Source: Sedimentisphaeraceae bacterium JB056
GTDB lineage: Bacteria; Planctomycetota; Phycisphaerae; Sedimentisphaerales; Sedimentisphaeraceae
Direction: 5' to 3'
Assembly (NCBI GenBank): GCA_044440125.1
Contig: JBITAJ010000025.1
Coordinates: 1 to 64,000, forward strand
Length of the DNA stretch: 64,000 bases
The notes beneath the pieces are model-generated. The model was not told the origin of the DNA, did not search any database, and saw nothing but the letters and a program-made list of their open reading frames with translations. The translations under genes were made by a program, and so were the position numbers. Below, in pieces: positions 20,138 through 29,855 of this stretch (position 1 is the first letter of the stretch; every line of letters begins with the position of its first letter).

Positions 20138-22846
20138 ATGAATAAATGGCTTGGTATTAGTTTGGTATTTTGTTTTGTGTTTTCCGCAGGTGTTTGTCTT
20201 GGTAGTGAACAGACGGTTGCTGATGAATTGTTTGGTTATATCAATCTTGATGATTCGCAACTTGCGGGTGTTAAGCAGAAGTATCAGGCGGGACAGTACG
20301 CCGATGCGTTGGATGAGTATAAGGATATTTTTCTTGATCGTGTGGCGGAGCTTGATCTGTCGGATATGCTGCATGCTCCAAGCAGTGCAGATGATATACT
20401 CAACAATAATACTGTGCGTATATACAATCTCGCCGGAGGCTATGAGACTCAGAATATAGGTGCTCCGGGTAGTATAAACTGGTATCAGGTTACGGCATTT
20501 AATCAGTGGGAGTATTACCTTTCTAATATGAGCTGGGCGAACAGCCTTGTGGAAAGATATGCCGCTGATACGTCTGCAAACGGAGCTTATCTAACAAAGC
20601 TTATGGATATTTGGGTTGATTTTGCTCAGAATAATTATGACCAGTGGAACGCTATTTACGGCACAGCGGATCAGGCACTTTACGGCAGTTCTTTCATAAA
20701 TGTATGGCTTCACAGGTTGATTCTGGGTGATAGGATAAGATATATGCTTGCCCAGTTTTCTGCGGCAATGGATGCAGATGCGACCATTACAAAATCTCTC
20801 ATAAGCGGTGAGCAGCTTGGTATAATACTCAGCGAGATAGCTCAGCGTAACATGCCACGGCTAAATGCTACAATTCATGGCGGAGTTCCCAATCAGGTTA
20901 TATCTTCGGCACTTGGAATGATGCAGGTAGGAATGAGCTTCGTGGCGTTTGTAGACGCACCAACGTGGCAGGCTACCGGAGAGTATGAGGCGGGCGACTA
21001 TCTTAATATGTCGTATATGCCTGACGGCACGGATATGGAACAATCTTTCAATTACAACGGGTCGATGATAAGTGTGGGGCAGGAGATTGTTGGTTTGTAC
21101 CAGAGTGATGGCGGCGATCTTCCGGTATGGATAAATGAGTACCAGAATGCCATGCTCAACCGTTTTCGTTTTCTATCAAGTATTGTACGGCCAAACGGGA
21201 TGCTGCCTTCTCTCGATTTGCAAAGTGATGCGGATGCTTATAGCAGGCTGTCAGATGATCAGGGATATTTTAATGATGATATGGTAGCGAGGATAATTGA
21301 CAATACGTGGAGTGTAAACCCATCATTGCCTGCGGCGTCATTCAATTCGATGTACTTTCCTTACGGCGGATATTGCATATTTAGGGACGGGTGGGATTCA
21401 AATGCTCATCATATGTTCATGAAAAATTCACGAATGGGTAAGGGACATTACGATGAGAGTTCTAATCAGGTACAAATTACGGCATTTGGGCGTACTGTTC
21501 TGATTGATTCAGGTGGACAGCTCTATGTTCCAGATTATCGCAATGAATATTTTCACGGCTCGTTTGGTCATAATACAATAATAGTTGATGGCAAGGGTCA
21601 GGTAATGGGCGGTGAGCATTCACCTGCTTACGATACGACTATTGATGCGCGTTTTCATACGAGCGATGATTTTGATATGATAGAAGGTTCTTATGGAGCG
21701 GGAGTAAACGGTGGTTACGGAAGTGATGGGGCAATTGAGATAACTGATGTTACGCATAAGCGAGAGGTTACTTTTGTTAAGGGAGTGGGAGTGTATGTTA
21801 TTGCCGACAGGCTTTTAAGCACAGGTTCGCATACTTACACACAGATTTGGAATTATGACAAAGACTACGCTAAGACAGATGTTAATTTGGCAGCGGCAAA
21901 TAAGATAATTACAACGCAGGCTTATCAGCCTAATGTTGCGATATATAATTTCTCGCCTGTAACGCTCTCTTATACGAGGTATTACGGATATAATGATGGC
22001 ATTAATGTTTTCGGCTGGGCTAAAGATGGTGCGGGATATGTAAATGCTGTCGATACGCATAGAAGCTGGAGCGGCTCGGGCGATCAGCTTCTTATTAGTC
22101 TGGTAGTGCCGATGTCGAGGCAGACCGAAGGCATAAGCGTTACCTCGCAAAATGCCACATCAGATCTGATAACTTTCACGGCCCTGGCCGATAACGGTAC
22201 TTCCATAAGCTATGGAGCGAGAAAGACTGCCGGTGAGATCACTTTCGGCGATATCACTGCAACGGCGAAGAGTCTGCTGGTAATAACGGATACATCTGGC
22301 CAGAGTGAGGCGGCCGCACTGGACTGTTCAAGTTTGACTGTAGCGGCAGCCCAGCAGACGCCGGCTTATTCCGATTTGAAATTCACGGTTTCAGACAGTC
22401 AGTTAATCTCGAGTGAGGCGATAACGAAACCAATCGATTTCAGTTGGTTTGGCAGTGACGGGGATATCAGTCCCGTTTACGAACAGGTTGATGTGAACCT
22501 TACAGTGAGCGTTTCCCCAGATTACGTTAATACAATCGCACCGGCCGCGGGAGTTTACAGCGTTGCACCCGGCACGGCGGTCAATTTGAGTGCCGATGAT
22601 TTTATTCAGTGTCCTTATGTTGAGAATTTCTCTCACTGGGAAATTGACGGACAATTATATTCAACTGACAAAGAGACCACTGTCAGTCCGACAGATAGTA
22701 TAAGCATTACCGCGGTATTTGACGATGCTCGCCAATGCGGCGATGAGTGCCATCCGATCCTCGATAGCGATCTGAACCAGGATTGCTTTATAGATATCGA
22801 GGACATCTCTATAATTGCCGATAACTGGCTGAGCAGCTCACTCTGA
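20138..22846 (+). CDS. Secreted heparinase II/III (PL12-like) lyase with InlB-B-like repeat and dockerin-like tail
   Basis: Signal peptide; GVPNQ, PDGTDMEQSFNYN, FPYGGYCIFRDGW, MKNSRMGKGH, GHNTIIVDG; C-terminal FSHWEIDG and QCGDECHP..SDLNQDCFIDIEDISIIADNWL. Confidence 0.82.
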   Translation: MNKWLGISLVFCFVFSAGVCLGSEQTVADELFGYINLDDSQLAGVKQKYQAGQYADALDEYKDIFLDRVAELDLSDMLHAPSSADDILNNNTVRIYNLAGGYETQNIGAPGSINWYQVTAFNQWEYYLSNMSWANSLVERYAADTSANGAYLTKLMDIWVDFAQNNYDQWNAIYGTADQALYGSSFINVWLHRLILGDRIRYMLAQFSAAMDADATITKSLISGEQLGIILSEIAQRNMPRLNATIHGGVPNQVISSALGMMQVGMSFVAFVDAPTWQATGEYEAGDYLNMSYMPDGTDMEQSFNYNGSMISVGQEIVGLYQSDGGDLPVWINEYQNAMLNRFRFLSSIVRPNGMLPSLDLQSDADAYSRLSDDQGYFNDDMVARIIDNTWSVNPSLPAASFNSMYFPYGGYCIFRDGWDSNAHHMFMKNSRMGKGHYDESSNQVQITAFGRTVLIDSGGQLYVPDYRNEYFHGSFGHNTIIVDGKGQVMGGEHSPAYDTTIDARFHTSDDFDMIEGSYGAGVNGGYGSDGAIEITDVTHKREVTFVKGVGVYVIADRLLSTGSHTYTQIWNYDKDYAKTDVNLAAANKIITTQAYQPNVAIYNFSPVTLSYTRYYGYNDGINVFGWAKDGAGYVNAVDTHRSWSGSGDQLLISLVVPMSRQTEGISVTSQNATSDLITFTALADNGTSISYGARKTAGEITFGDITATAKSLLVITDTSGQSEAAALDCSSLTVAAAQQTPAYSDLKFTVSDSQLISSEAITKPIDFSWFGSDGDISPVYEQVDVNLTVSVSPDYVNTIAPAAGVYSVAPGTAVNLSADDFIQCPYVENFSHWEIDGQLYSTDKETTVSPTDSISITAVFDDARQCGDECHPILDSDLNQDCFIDIEDISIIADNWLSSSL

Positions 22847-22853
22847 TAAATCA

Positions 22854-25370
22854 ATGGAGTTTATGAATATGTTTAAGACATTAACCGCCGCCATAACAGT
22901 TTTGTGGTGTGCGACCGGAATTTTTGCGCAAACCGTCGACGGCCCCGAAAAGGGGTATGAATTTATAACCACCATGAAACCGGCCGGTTACTGGCCCGCC
23001 GATGAAGGCAGCGGTGATATACTTCACGATCGCTCGGGAAACAATAACCACGGGCGGCTTTATAATACCGGCTGGGAAAACGGCATGCCGGATTTTAACG
23101 GAGCCTTTCAATGGGCTCTGATCCCCGGTCATTCCGCGTATCAAGGCCGGGAATTCAGCATAGGCGGCTGGGTGTATACGCGAACCGAAGTTATCGGCGG
23201 TCAGTGGCCCGGGCAGGCGGGCATGACGTTTATCGGCAACGGTTATCACCACAGCGGCTTCACCCTCGATACCATCTACAATGAGAATGTGTTGTTCCAA
23301 AAGAGCAAGTGGTCGGTAGGCGGCGGTTCAAAAGAAGGTGTAAGTATATGCGTGCGCAAGGGTGAACTGGTGGATATCATAAGCGGTGGCGTTGAAGACG
23401 CGGCCGGTTCAAAATCCCGCGGCGTAAGCATCGAAGTGGGTAAATGGCAGCATATACTATATACATACAAAGCCGGCGGCGATTTCGAAGGCGGAAGTCA
23501 GTGGAAACAGATGCTCGATAAAAAAGAGAATTTTGGAAAGGGCACGGCAACCGTTTATGTCAACGGCCAGGCGGTATGCACGCAGAAGAATGTTAAGTTT
23601 ACGCCGGGCGAAAATGATATCCTTATAGGAAGCGATGCGGTATGGTGGCTTCAGTCTAACGTTTCCGGTTCGCTGAACGGCTCAGTTCGTGATATAGTTA
23701 TCTTTGACAGGGCAATTGGTGCCGCCGAGGTAAAGTACATATTCGATAATACCCGCATCGAGGCAGAGCCTGAAATCGAGAGTGCCAGACAGGATGAAGA
23801 CAGCTTGTTGGGGTTTTCGGATAAAAGCGAGTCTGTGCTTATGGACATTATTCTTAATGGGCAGTTAGATAAACAGCACAGAGCCGCGGCAGTTCTTGCG
23901 ATTTGCGAAAAACCGCAGATAACCAAAGAGCAGGTGGTTTTACTCGCTGATATGCTTGAGGCTATCGATAATTCCGGCGGGACGCATCTGCCGCGCATCG
24001 AGGAGCATCTGAGAAATGCCCTGATAAAGGCACTGCTGGATAACCGGCACACTGACAGTCGCGCCGAAGATGTGCTTGCGATATCTTACGCAAAGCCAAT
24101 TCTGGAATCAGCGGATATCTCTGCCGCCTGCTTCAAGGATGTTAAAGAAGCCTTTGACGCAAAGCAGTATATGGAGGCACTCGATATTTACCGCAAGCTC
24201 GATTTGAATGAGTATGGCGATTTCTTTTTCTCGCAGGGAGATATCAACCGCGACAAAAGGGACTGGCAGCCTAATACTCGTGCGTACACTGCCGCGGCTG
24301 ATTATAACGGATATTCATACAGATGCGGCGAAGGCGAGGCCTGGAAGGGTGTGGAAAAGGTTCCGTTTGAAGAATACAAAAAGCTGATGGTGGAGATTTC
24401 CGGTAAGTATCCCGAGGTTCTCAACTGGCGAAGCGTCAGCTATGAGCATCTTTACAGGGTGCCCGTGATAAAGACAGCTCCCGATGGAAGCGAGGAAAGC
24501 GTATACCTTGAAGGTGAGAAGTTCATACTCGATGGGAAGGACGCCAAGCTTCGCGGCTGGTCGATAGCCGTCGACAACGCCGGCTACATACACATCACCG
24601 GCGGCATGCATAACGCACCGGTGGCTGATAATTTCATCCCCGGAAGCTGGGAGCAGATGGGTGTTTCGCGTGAATATACCGACGACAGTCATCCGTCTTT
24701 GATGTATTGGGTTTCGAGTGAGCCGCAGAGCATCGAGTCGTTCGAGTTTATGGGTCAGCGATCCAACCCGCGCAACGTCCCTGTGCCGTTCGGTTTGAAC
24801 TATATGAATTTTATACAGGACCGCAACGGAGAGCTCTATCTTTACGGCAGGATACACGTGCAGGGGATCCAGAGTTTCGGATTATACAAGTATGATACTG
24901 ACAGGCGGCGATGGGACGCGGTGGGCGGTTCTGCTCCGGACGTTAAGGAAGAATACCCGTTGTGGGCAGATTATCATATCAGGATGGCCACCGACTGGCT
25001 CTCTCTTCCCACCATGCGGTGGGATAACGAGATGGCCCGCAATAAGACGCTTGTCTGGTCGCTTCAGCCGCATTTCTACAACTATATGCGGGGCTGGGGC
25101 GTGCGTTTCGACAGGGAAAACAGGATGCATGTTCTTATGCCGATGTTCGGTCTTGATTGTGAGAATATGAACGTCCTGAGCAGTGTTTACGCGTTTTCCG
25201 ATGATGGCGGAAAGAGCTTTTGCCGATATGACGGCAGCGAAGTGAAGCTTCCGCTGACCAACAACCCTTCGCCGCAGCGAAACGCCGAAATCGAATACGG
25301 GTATGCAAAGAGATGCTTCAAATTATGGGAATCGCTGATAAAATACGCAGGTCATGAAAGTATCAGATGA
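22854..25370 (+). CDS. Secreted LamG-domain protein with C-terminal BNR-repeat (BNR_4-like) region
   Basis: Signal peptide; LamG start GYWPADEGSGDILHDRSGNNNHG and GKWQHILYT...VYVNG; SIAVDNAGYIHITGGMHN and Asp-box YAFSDDGGKSF. Confidence 0.68.
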   Translation: MEFMNMFKTLTAAITVLWCATGIFAQTVDGPEKGYEFITTMKPAGYWPADEGSGDILHDRSGNNNHGRLYNTGWENGMPDFNGAFQWALIPGHSAYQGREFSIGGWVYTRTEVIGGQWPGQAGMTFIGNGYHHSGFTLDTIYNENVLFQKSKWSVGGGSKEGVSICVRKGELVDIISGGVEDAAGSKSRGVSIEVGKWQHILYTYKAGGDFEGGSQWKQMLDKKENFGKGTATVYVNGQAVCTQKNVKFTPGENDILIGSDAVWWLQSNVSGSLNGSVRDIVIFDRAIGAAEVKYIFDNTRIEAEPEIESARQDEDSLLGFSDKSESVLMDIILNGQLDKQHRAAAVLAICEKPQITKEQVVLLADMLEAIDNSGGTHLPRIEEHLRNALIKALLDNRHTDSRAEDVLAISYAKPILESADISAACFKDVKEAFDAKQYMEALDIYRKLDLNEYGDFFFSQGDINRDKRDWQPNTRAYTAAADYNGYSYRCGEGEAWKGVEKVPFEEYKKLMVEISGKYPEVLNWRSVSYEHLYRVPVIKTAPDGSEESVYLEGEKFILDGKDAKLRGWSIAVDNAGYIHITGGMHNAPVADNFIPGSWEQMGVSREYTDDSHPSLMYWVSSEPQSIESFEFMGQRSNPRNVPVPFGLNYMNFIQDRNGELYLYGRIHVQGIQSFGLYKYDTDRRRWDAVGGSAPDVKEEYPLWADYHIRMATDWLSLPTMRWDNEMARNKTLVWSLQPHFYNYMRGWGVRFDRENRMHVLMPMFGLDCENMNVLSSVYAFSDDGGKSFCRYDGSEVKLPLTNNPSPQRNAEIEYGYAKRCFKLWESLIKYAGHESIR

Positions 25371-28300
25371 GTTTGAGAATCAGGGATAAACGATATATGA
25401 AGAATGGATGTATATACGGACGCGGGCTCTCTGTGGGTTTTCTCGCGGCACTGGCTGTTTTAGTTTGTGCCGGCGGTGTTTTCGCGAAAACTCAGATGAA
25501 GAGAATACCGGCGGGGAGTTTTATCAGAACTGATGGTAAAAAGATAAAGGTGAGTGAATTTTCGATAGCCGATACGGAAGTTACCCGTGGTCTGTGGGAT
25601 GCCGTGTGGGACTGGTCCGCCGATAACGGTTATGATATGAACCCGGGTTATTCAACCGATGCACAAAGACCGGTATGGCTGGTGAGCTGGTATGATTGCG
25701 TTAAGTGGTGCAACGCACTTTCGCAAATGCAGGGGCTCGAACCGGTTTACTATACCGACAGCTCAAAGAGCGAAGTTTACAAAGAGGGTCGCCTCGATCT
25801 TACTGCCGACTGCGTTAAGTGGGCTGCCGATGGTTTCTGTCTGCCGACCGAGGCGCAGTGGGAGTATGCTTGCAGAGCCGGTACGACAACGAACTACTAC
25901 TGGGGTCATGAGGTTTACAGTACCTGGGATGGCCAAGACGCTCCCTGGAGAGAATACGTTCAGGGATATTTTCATCGTTTGATACATACCCCCCAGCCGG
26001 TCGCGCAGAAAAGGCCCAATGCTTTTTCTCTTTACGATATGAGCGGCAATGCGGGCGAGTGGTGCTGGGACAGGTATGATACGGCCTATCCGACAAAACC
26101 GCTCAAAGATCCCAGAGGAACCGAAAACAACAGCCGTGTTAGGGTTATACGCGGCGGTTCTGTCGCTCTCGATCATTCTTATTATCATCAGTCTCACTTC
26201 CGGGGCAGGGTACATGCTTTTCATAAAATCAAGACAAACGGTTTCAGGATAGCGAGCAATAACCCCGATGCAAAGCTTGAAGTGTCGCCCGATGCCGCTT
26301 CGTCGTTCGAATTGCGTACGGCGAGAAACGAAATGCTCTACGGAGCAATAGAAAACGATGCTCAAAGGGCCGCGAATAATCTTTTTTATCTCGTTGATCT
26401 TTCGAGCAAGGGGCTTGAGAAAGCTTCTGAGTATTACGGCGCAGGCAAATATCAGCAGGCTCTCGATGAGTATAAGACATACCTGCTGAATAAATACCGC
26501 GATAAACATTTCGCTGTTCGCACAGATGCCGTGCAGAAAAAATCGAATCTCGAAGAAGCGATGAAATGGCGGCCCCCGCTTGTATACTATCATAATTACC
26601 CCTTTACCAACAGCCGTATAAGTGCTTATCATTGCGGGCAGTGGTTTACTGACGCATTCGCCAAAAGCGGCGAGATGAAATATCTCGATCAGTATTTCCT
26701 GCTGATGGATGATTTTATCCTCAACGGCCTCAGGCAGTTTCATACGCTCAGTGATGTGGGTTTGGGCAAGCAGTACCGCGGGATCGACTTCGATTCCCAC
26801 TGGCCCCAGGATTGGGATATGTTCGCCGGGCTTGACAGTGCCTCAATGTCGGAGGTGATGTTCGAGAGGATCGTTTTGATAGCTAACAATATCAAGCCCG
26901 AAGATGCAGAGAAAATATCTTCCGTATCAGTTGCAAATTTTATGGCCTTTCTTGCAGAAGTAGGTATGGGAGGCTGTCTTGATAACGGCAAAGAGGAAGT
27001 TTCCAATCAGGTAAAGCATATATCATCGGTACTTGTTTATTTCGGCAAAACCTTTGATGAGTTCAGAGATGCCCCGCAATGGCTCGATATTGGCCAATAC
27101 AGGCTCGAAAAGACTATGACCGGTGGAGAGAACACCCTGCCTGATGGCGGAGATATGGAACAGTCGTTTAACTACAATCAAACGAATGTAGGCGCCGGCA
27201 AAGAGATGAACGAGCTTTTTGAGGGTATGAAAAAACCTGATTGGGTTAGTGATGTCGAAAAGAGTAGTCTGGAAAGGGTACGTTTCTTTGCGGGTATAAT
27301 AATGCCTACGGGGACGGTACCGGCGGTTGGTGAAGGTGCGGCTTATGACCGTCGCTGGCCCCAGCGGTATGAAAGTTGGCTGGAGATGGTCGATTCACCG
27401 CTCACCGGGGATGTATTATCCTGCCTGGTCAGGAAGGGTGCTGCTTGCCGTGAGCCTGCGTTCACTTCGATAGCATTTCCTTACAGCGGTTATTATGCTC
27501 TTCGCGATGGGTGGAATAACGAGAGTCTTTATCTTTTTATGAAGTCATCACGTGCGGTAAAACGCGGGCATGCACACCAGGACGATAACGGCATAGAGAT
27601 CGCCGCTTACGGCAGGCATCTTATATCCGACGGAGGAGGCGTACCTTATGCTCCGAGATTTTTACCCGATGAGCAGAAGAAAGATCACCAGTGGATCGTC
27701 GACTATCTTCACAACTCCTTCGGAGCCAACACGGTGCTTGTCGATGGGGCGGTGCAGACCGAATGGAAGAGAAACGTGGCCGAGAAAGCCTTCGACAGGA
27801 CCGACGATCAGCGATTCTACACTTCACCGTATTTCGATTTTGTGGAAGGCATATACAGCGACGGTTACGATGTTATACAGCAGGGGCCTTCAGGTTCGCA
27901 ATTCGATGAGTATCGTAAGCTCTACGGCAGCGATGAAGGAAAATACGGCGATTTCGACGTGTTGGAAAGAGCCGCACTTACCCAGATGCAGATTGAGAAG
28001 AAACAAATCGATGCGACACACAATAGGCAAGTGCTTTTCATAAAAGATTGCAAACTCTGGGTTGTGCGTGATATTGTCGCTGGCGGCAGTAATTATACCC
28101 AGCTTTGGCATTTCCCGCCGCCGATACCGGTAGACCGCAAAATTAATACTGCGGCAATGCCTTTGTCTATGCCGGGATTTACGCCTGAGCAGGTGATTGT
28201 ATCCGATGACACCGACCGTTTTTATACCGCCGACACCGAAGGTGCCAATGTTGAGATATACAACTTCACCGCTTCGGATGTGAGCTACGAAAAAAACTTC

Positions 28301-28792
28301 GGCGACAAATATCCGCATAAAGGCTGGCGGGCGGCATTGGGCTGGCTTCCTGCGGTCGATGTCAATGCGAAATGGAGCGGCAAGGCACCTTTGGTAACGC
28401 TGATAAATCCGGTTGCCGCGGGTACTAAAAGCTCCATAAAAATTCTGGCCGATATTAGTGATGCAGATATAAGCGGTTTTGAGGTGGTTCTTCAAGACGG
28501 CAGAAACGTTACGTATAAGACATCAGAGAAGCATTCAAAACTTTCTGCGGGAAATGTCTCTGCTGTAGCATCTTCGCTTTTGTTGGTTGATGCATCGGGT
28601 ATGAAAAAAGGATTGGTAACGGATTGTAAAGAGCTTATAATTAATGGAATTAAGAAAGATATAAACACCGAAAGCTTTGAGTTTGAATTGAATGATGCTG
28701 CTTTTGAAGTCCTTGGTGACATAATGATACCCAGTGATTTTAAATGGTCAGATGAAGGCGATTTGACGGCTCCGGTATACGAGTACAGATAA
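25367..28792 (+). CDS. Fusion protein: FGE-sulfatase (SUMF1)-like domain plus heparinase II/III (PL12-like) lyase
   Basis: N-terminal TEVT, VSWYDC..WCN, LPTEAQWEYACRAGT, PNAFSLYDMSGNAGEWCWD, RVIRGGS and GFR. C-terminal VSNQ, PDGGDMEQSFNYN, FPYSGYYALRDGW, GHAHQD and ANTVLVDG. Confidence 0.82.
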   Translation: MSLRIRDKRYMKNGCIYGRGLSVGFLAALAVLVCAGGVFAKTQMKRIPAGSFIRTDGKKIKVSEFSIADTEVTRGLWDAVWDWSADNGYDMNPGYSTDAQRPVWLVSWYDCVKWCNALSQMQGLEPVYYTDSSKSEVYKEGRLDLTADCVKWAADGFCLPTEAQWEYACRAGTTTNYYWGHEVYSTWDGQDAPWREYVQGYFHRLIHTPQPVAQKRPNAFSLYDMSGNAGEWCWDRYDTAYPTKPLKDPRGTENNSRVRVIRGGSVALDHSYYHQSHFRGRVHAFHKIKTNGFRIASNNPDAKLEVSPDAASSFELRTARNEMLYGAIENDAQRAANNLFYLVDLSSKGLEKASEYYGAGKYQQALDEYKTYLLNKYRDKHFAVRTDAVQKKSNLEEAMKWRPPLVYYHNYPFTNSRISAYHCGQWFTDAFAKSGEMKYLDQYFLLMDDFILNGLRQFHTLSDVGLGKQYRGIDFDSHWPQDWDMFAGLDSASMSEVMFERIVLIANNIKPEDAEKISSVSVANFMAFLAEVGMGGCLDNGKEEVSNQVKHISSVLVYFGKTFDEFRDAPQWLDIGQYRLEKTMTGGENTLPDGGDMEQSFNYNQTNVGAGKEMNELFEGMKKPDWVSDVEKSSLERVRFFAGIIMPTGTVPAVGEGAAYDRRWPQRYESWLEMVDSPLTGDVLSCLVRKGAACREPAFTSIAFPYSGYYALRDGWNNESLYLFMKSSRAVKRGHAHQDDNGIEIAAYGRHLISDGGGVPYAPRFLPDEQKKDHQWIVDYLHNSFGANTVLVDGAVQTEWKRNVAEKAFDRTDDQRFYTSPYFDFVEGIYSDGYDVIQQGPSGSQFDEYRKLYGSDEGKYGDFDVLERAALTQMQIEKKQIDATHNRQVLFIKDCKLWVVRDIVAGGSNYTQLWHFPPPIPVDRKINTAAMPLSMPGFTPEQVIVSDDTDRFYTADTEGANVEIYNFTASDVSYEKNFGDKYPHKGWRAALGWLPAVDVNAKWSGKAPLVTLINPVAAGTKSSIKILADISDADISGFEVVLQDGRNVTYKTSEKHSKLSAGNVSAVASSLLLVDASGMKKGLVTDCKELIINGIKKDINTESFEFELNDAAFEVLGDIMIPSDFKWSDEGDLTAPVYEYR

Positions 28793-29808
28793 TGGACAGG
28801 CAAAATATTATGAAACGCGGAATAATAATTAAAAACGATTTGTTCGCAGAGATATATGGCGACAAAGAAATAGCGGAAATCAACAGACTCATAGACGTAA
28901 AATGCGAGCCTTTGACTACTGCTCAGGTAGAACAGGATCCTGATGTCCTTCGTGATTGTGAGATAGTAATGACAGAGTGGGGCTCTGTTCGTTTCACCGA
29001 GAAGCTGCTCAAACACGCCCCGCGGCTGGAGGCTGTGTTCTATGCCGGCGGAAGCATTAAAGGGCTTGTCAGCGAAGAGTTCTGGGACAGGGGCATAGCG
29101 ATAAGCTCCGCCTATGGTGCCAACGCTATATCTGTGGCTCAGTACACGGTTTCTCAGATAATAAGCTGTACTAAACGAATCAGCCAGTTTAGTGATCAGA
29201 CGAAAAAGATAAAGGATTTTCCATCACGTGAAACTTTCTTTATGCCTGGAACTTATGAGTCAGTATTGGGTATTGTTTCGCTTGGTATGATAGGGTGGCA
29301 GGTATGCAAATATATTCAGGCGATAACCGAAATGCGTATAATAGCCTACGATCCATTTGTTTCAAAGGATCAGGCCAGAGCGATGAATATTGAGTTATGT
29401 TCACTTGATGATGTTTTCTCACAAAGTGATATTGTATCACTTCATACGCCGGTGCTTGAGGAGACTAAAGGTATGATAACCGGGCGGCATTTCCGTTTGA
29501 TGAAAAATGATTCTTCCTTTATAAATACAGCCCGCGGTATTATTGTAAAGGAAGAAGAAATGATTGAAGTGTTAACTCAGCGTCCTGATATCACAGCAGT
29601 TCTTGATGTTACTCAACCGGAACCTCCTGACGCAAATTCTCCGCTTTATGAGCTTAAGAATGTCATTCTTACGCCGCATATTGCCGGTTGCATGGGGCCT
29701 GAATGTAAGCGAATGTCTAAGTACATGATTGATGAGCTGGAGAGACATATCAATGGTAAAAAACTTAAGTGGCAGATAACTCGTGAAAGATCACTAATAC
29801 TTGCCTGA
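28792..29808 (+). CDS. D-isomer-specific 2-hydroxyacid dehydrogenase family protein
   Basis: GIVSLGMIG, AYDP, VSLHTP, FINTARG, AVLDV, TPHIAG. Confidence 0.9.
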   Translation: MDRQNIMKRGIIIKNDLFAEIYGDKEIAEINRLIDVKCEPLTTAQVEQDPDVLRDCEIVMTEWGSVRFTEKLLKHAPRLEAVFYAGGSIKGLVSEEFWDRGIAISSAYGANAISVAQYTVSQIISCTKRISQFSDQTKKIKDFPSRETFFMPGTYESVLGIVSLGMIGWQVCKYIQAITEMRIIAYDPFVSKDQARAMNIELCSLDDVFSQSDIVSLHTPVLEETKGMITGRHFRLMKNDSSFINTARGIIVKEEEMIEVLTQRPDITAVLDVTQPEPPDANSPLYELKNVILTPHIAGCMGPECKRMSKYMIDELERHINGKKLKWQITRERSLILA

Positions 29809-29855
29809 TAGTTTGTTTTGTATATTCAATAGGATTTAATTAGGAAAATTTCTAT

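Noticed and set aside
25490..26250. FGE/C-type-lectin-fold domain as a possible diversity-generating retroelement target
   Set aside because: The domain is N-terminal, there is no reverse transcriptase in the window, and I found no second near-identical template repeat.
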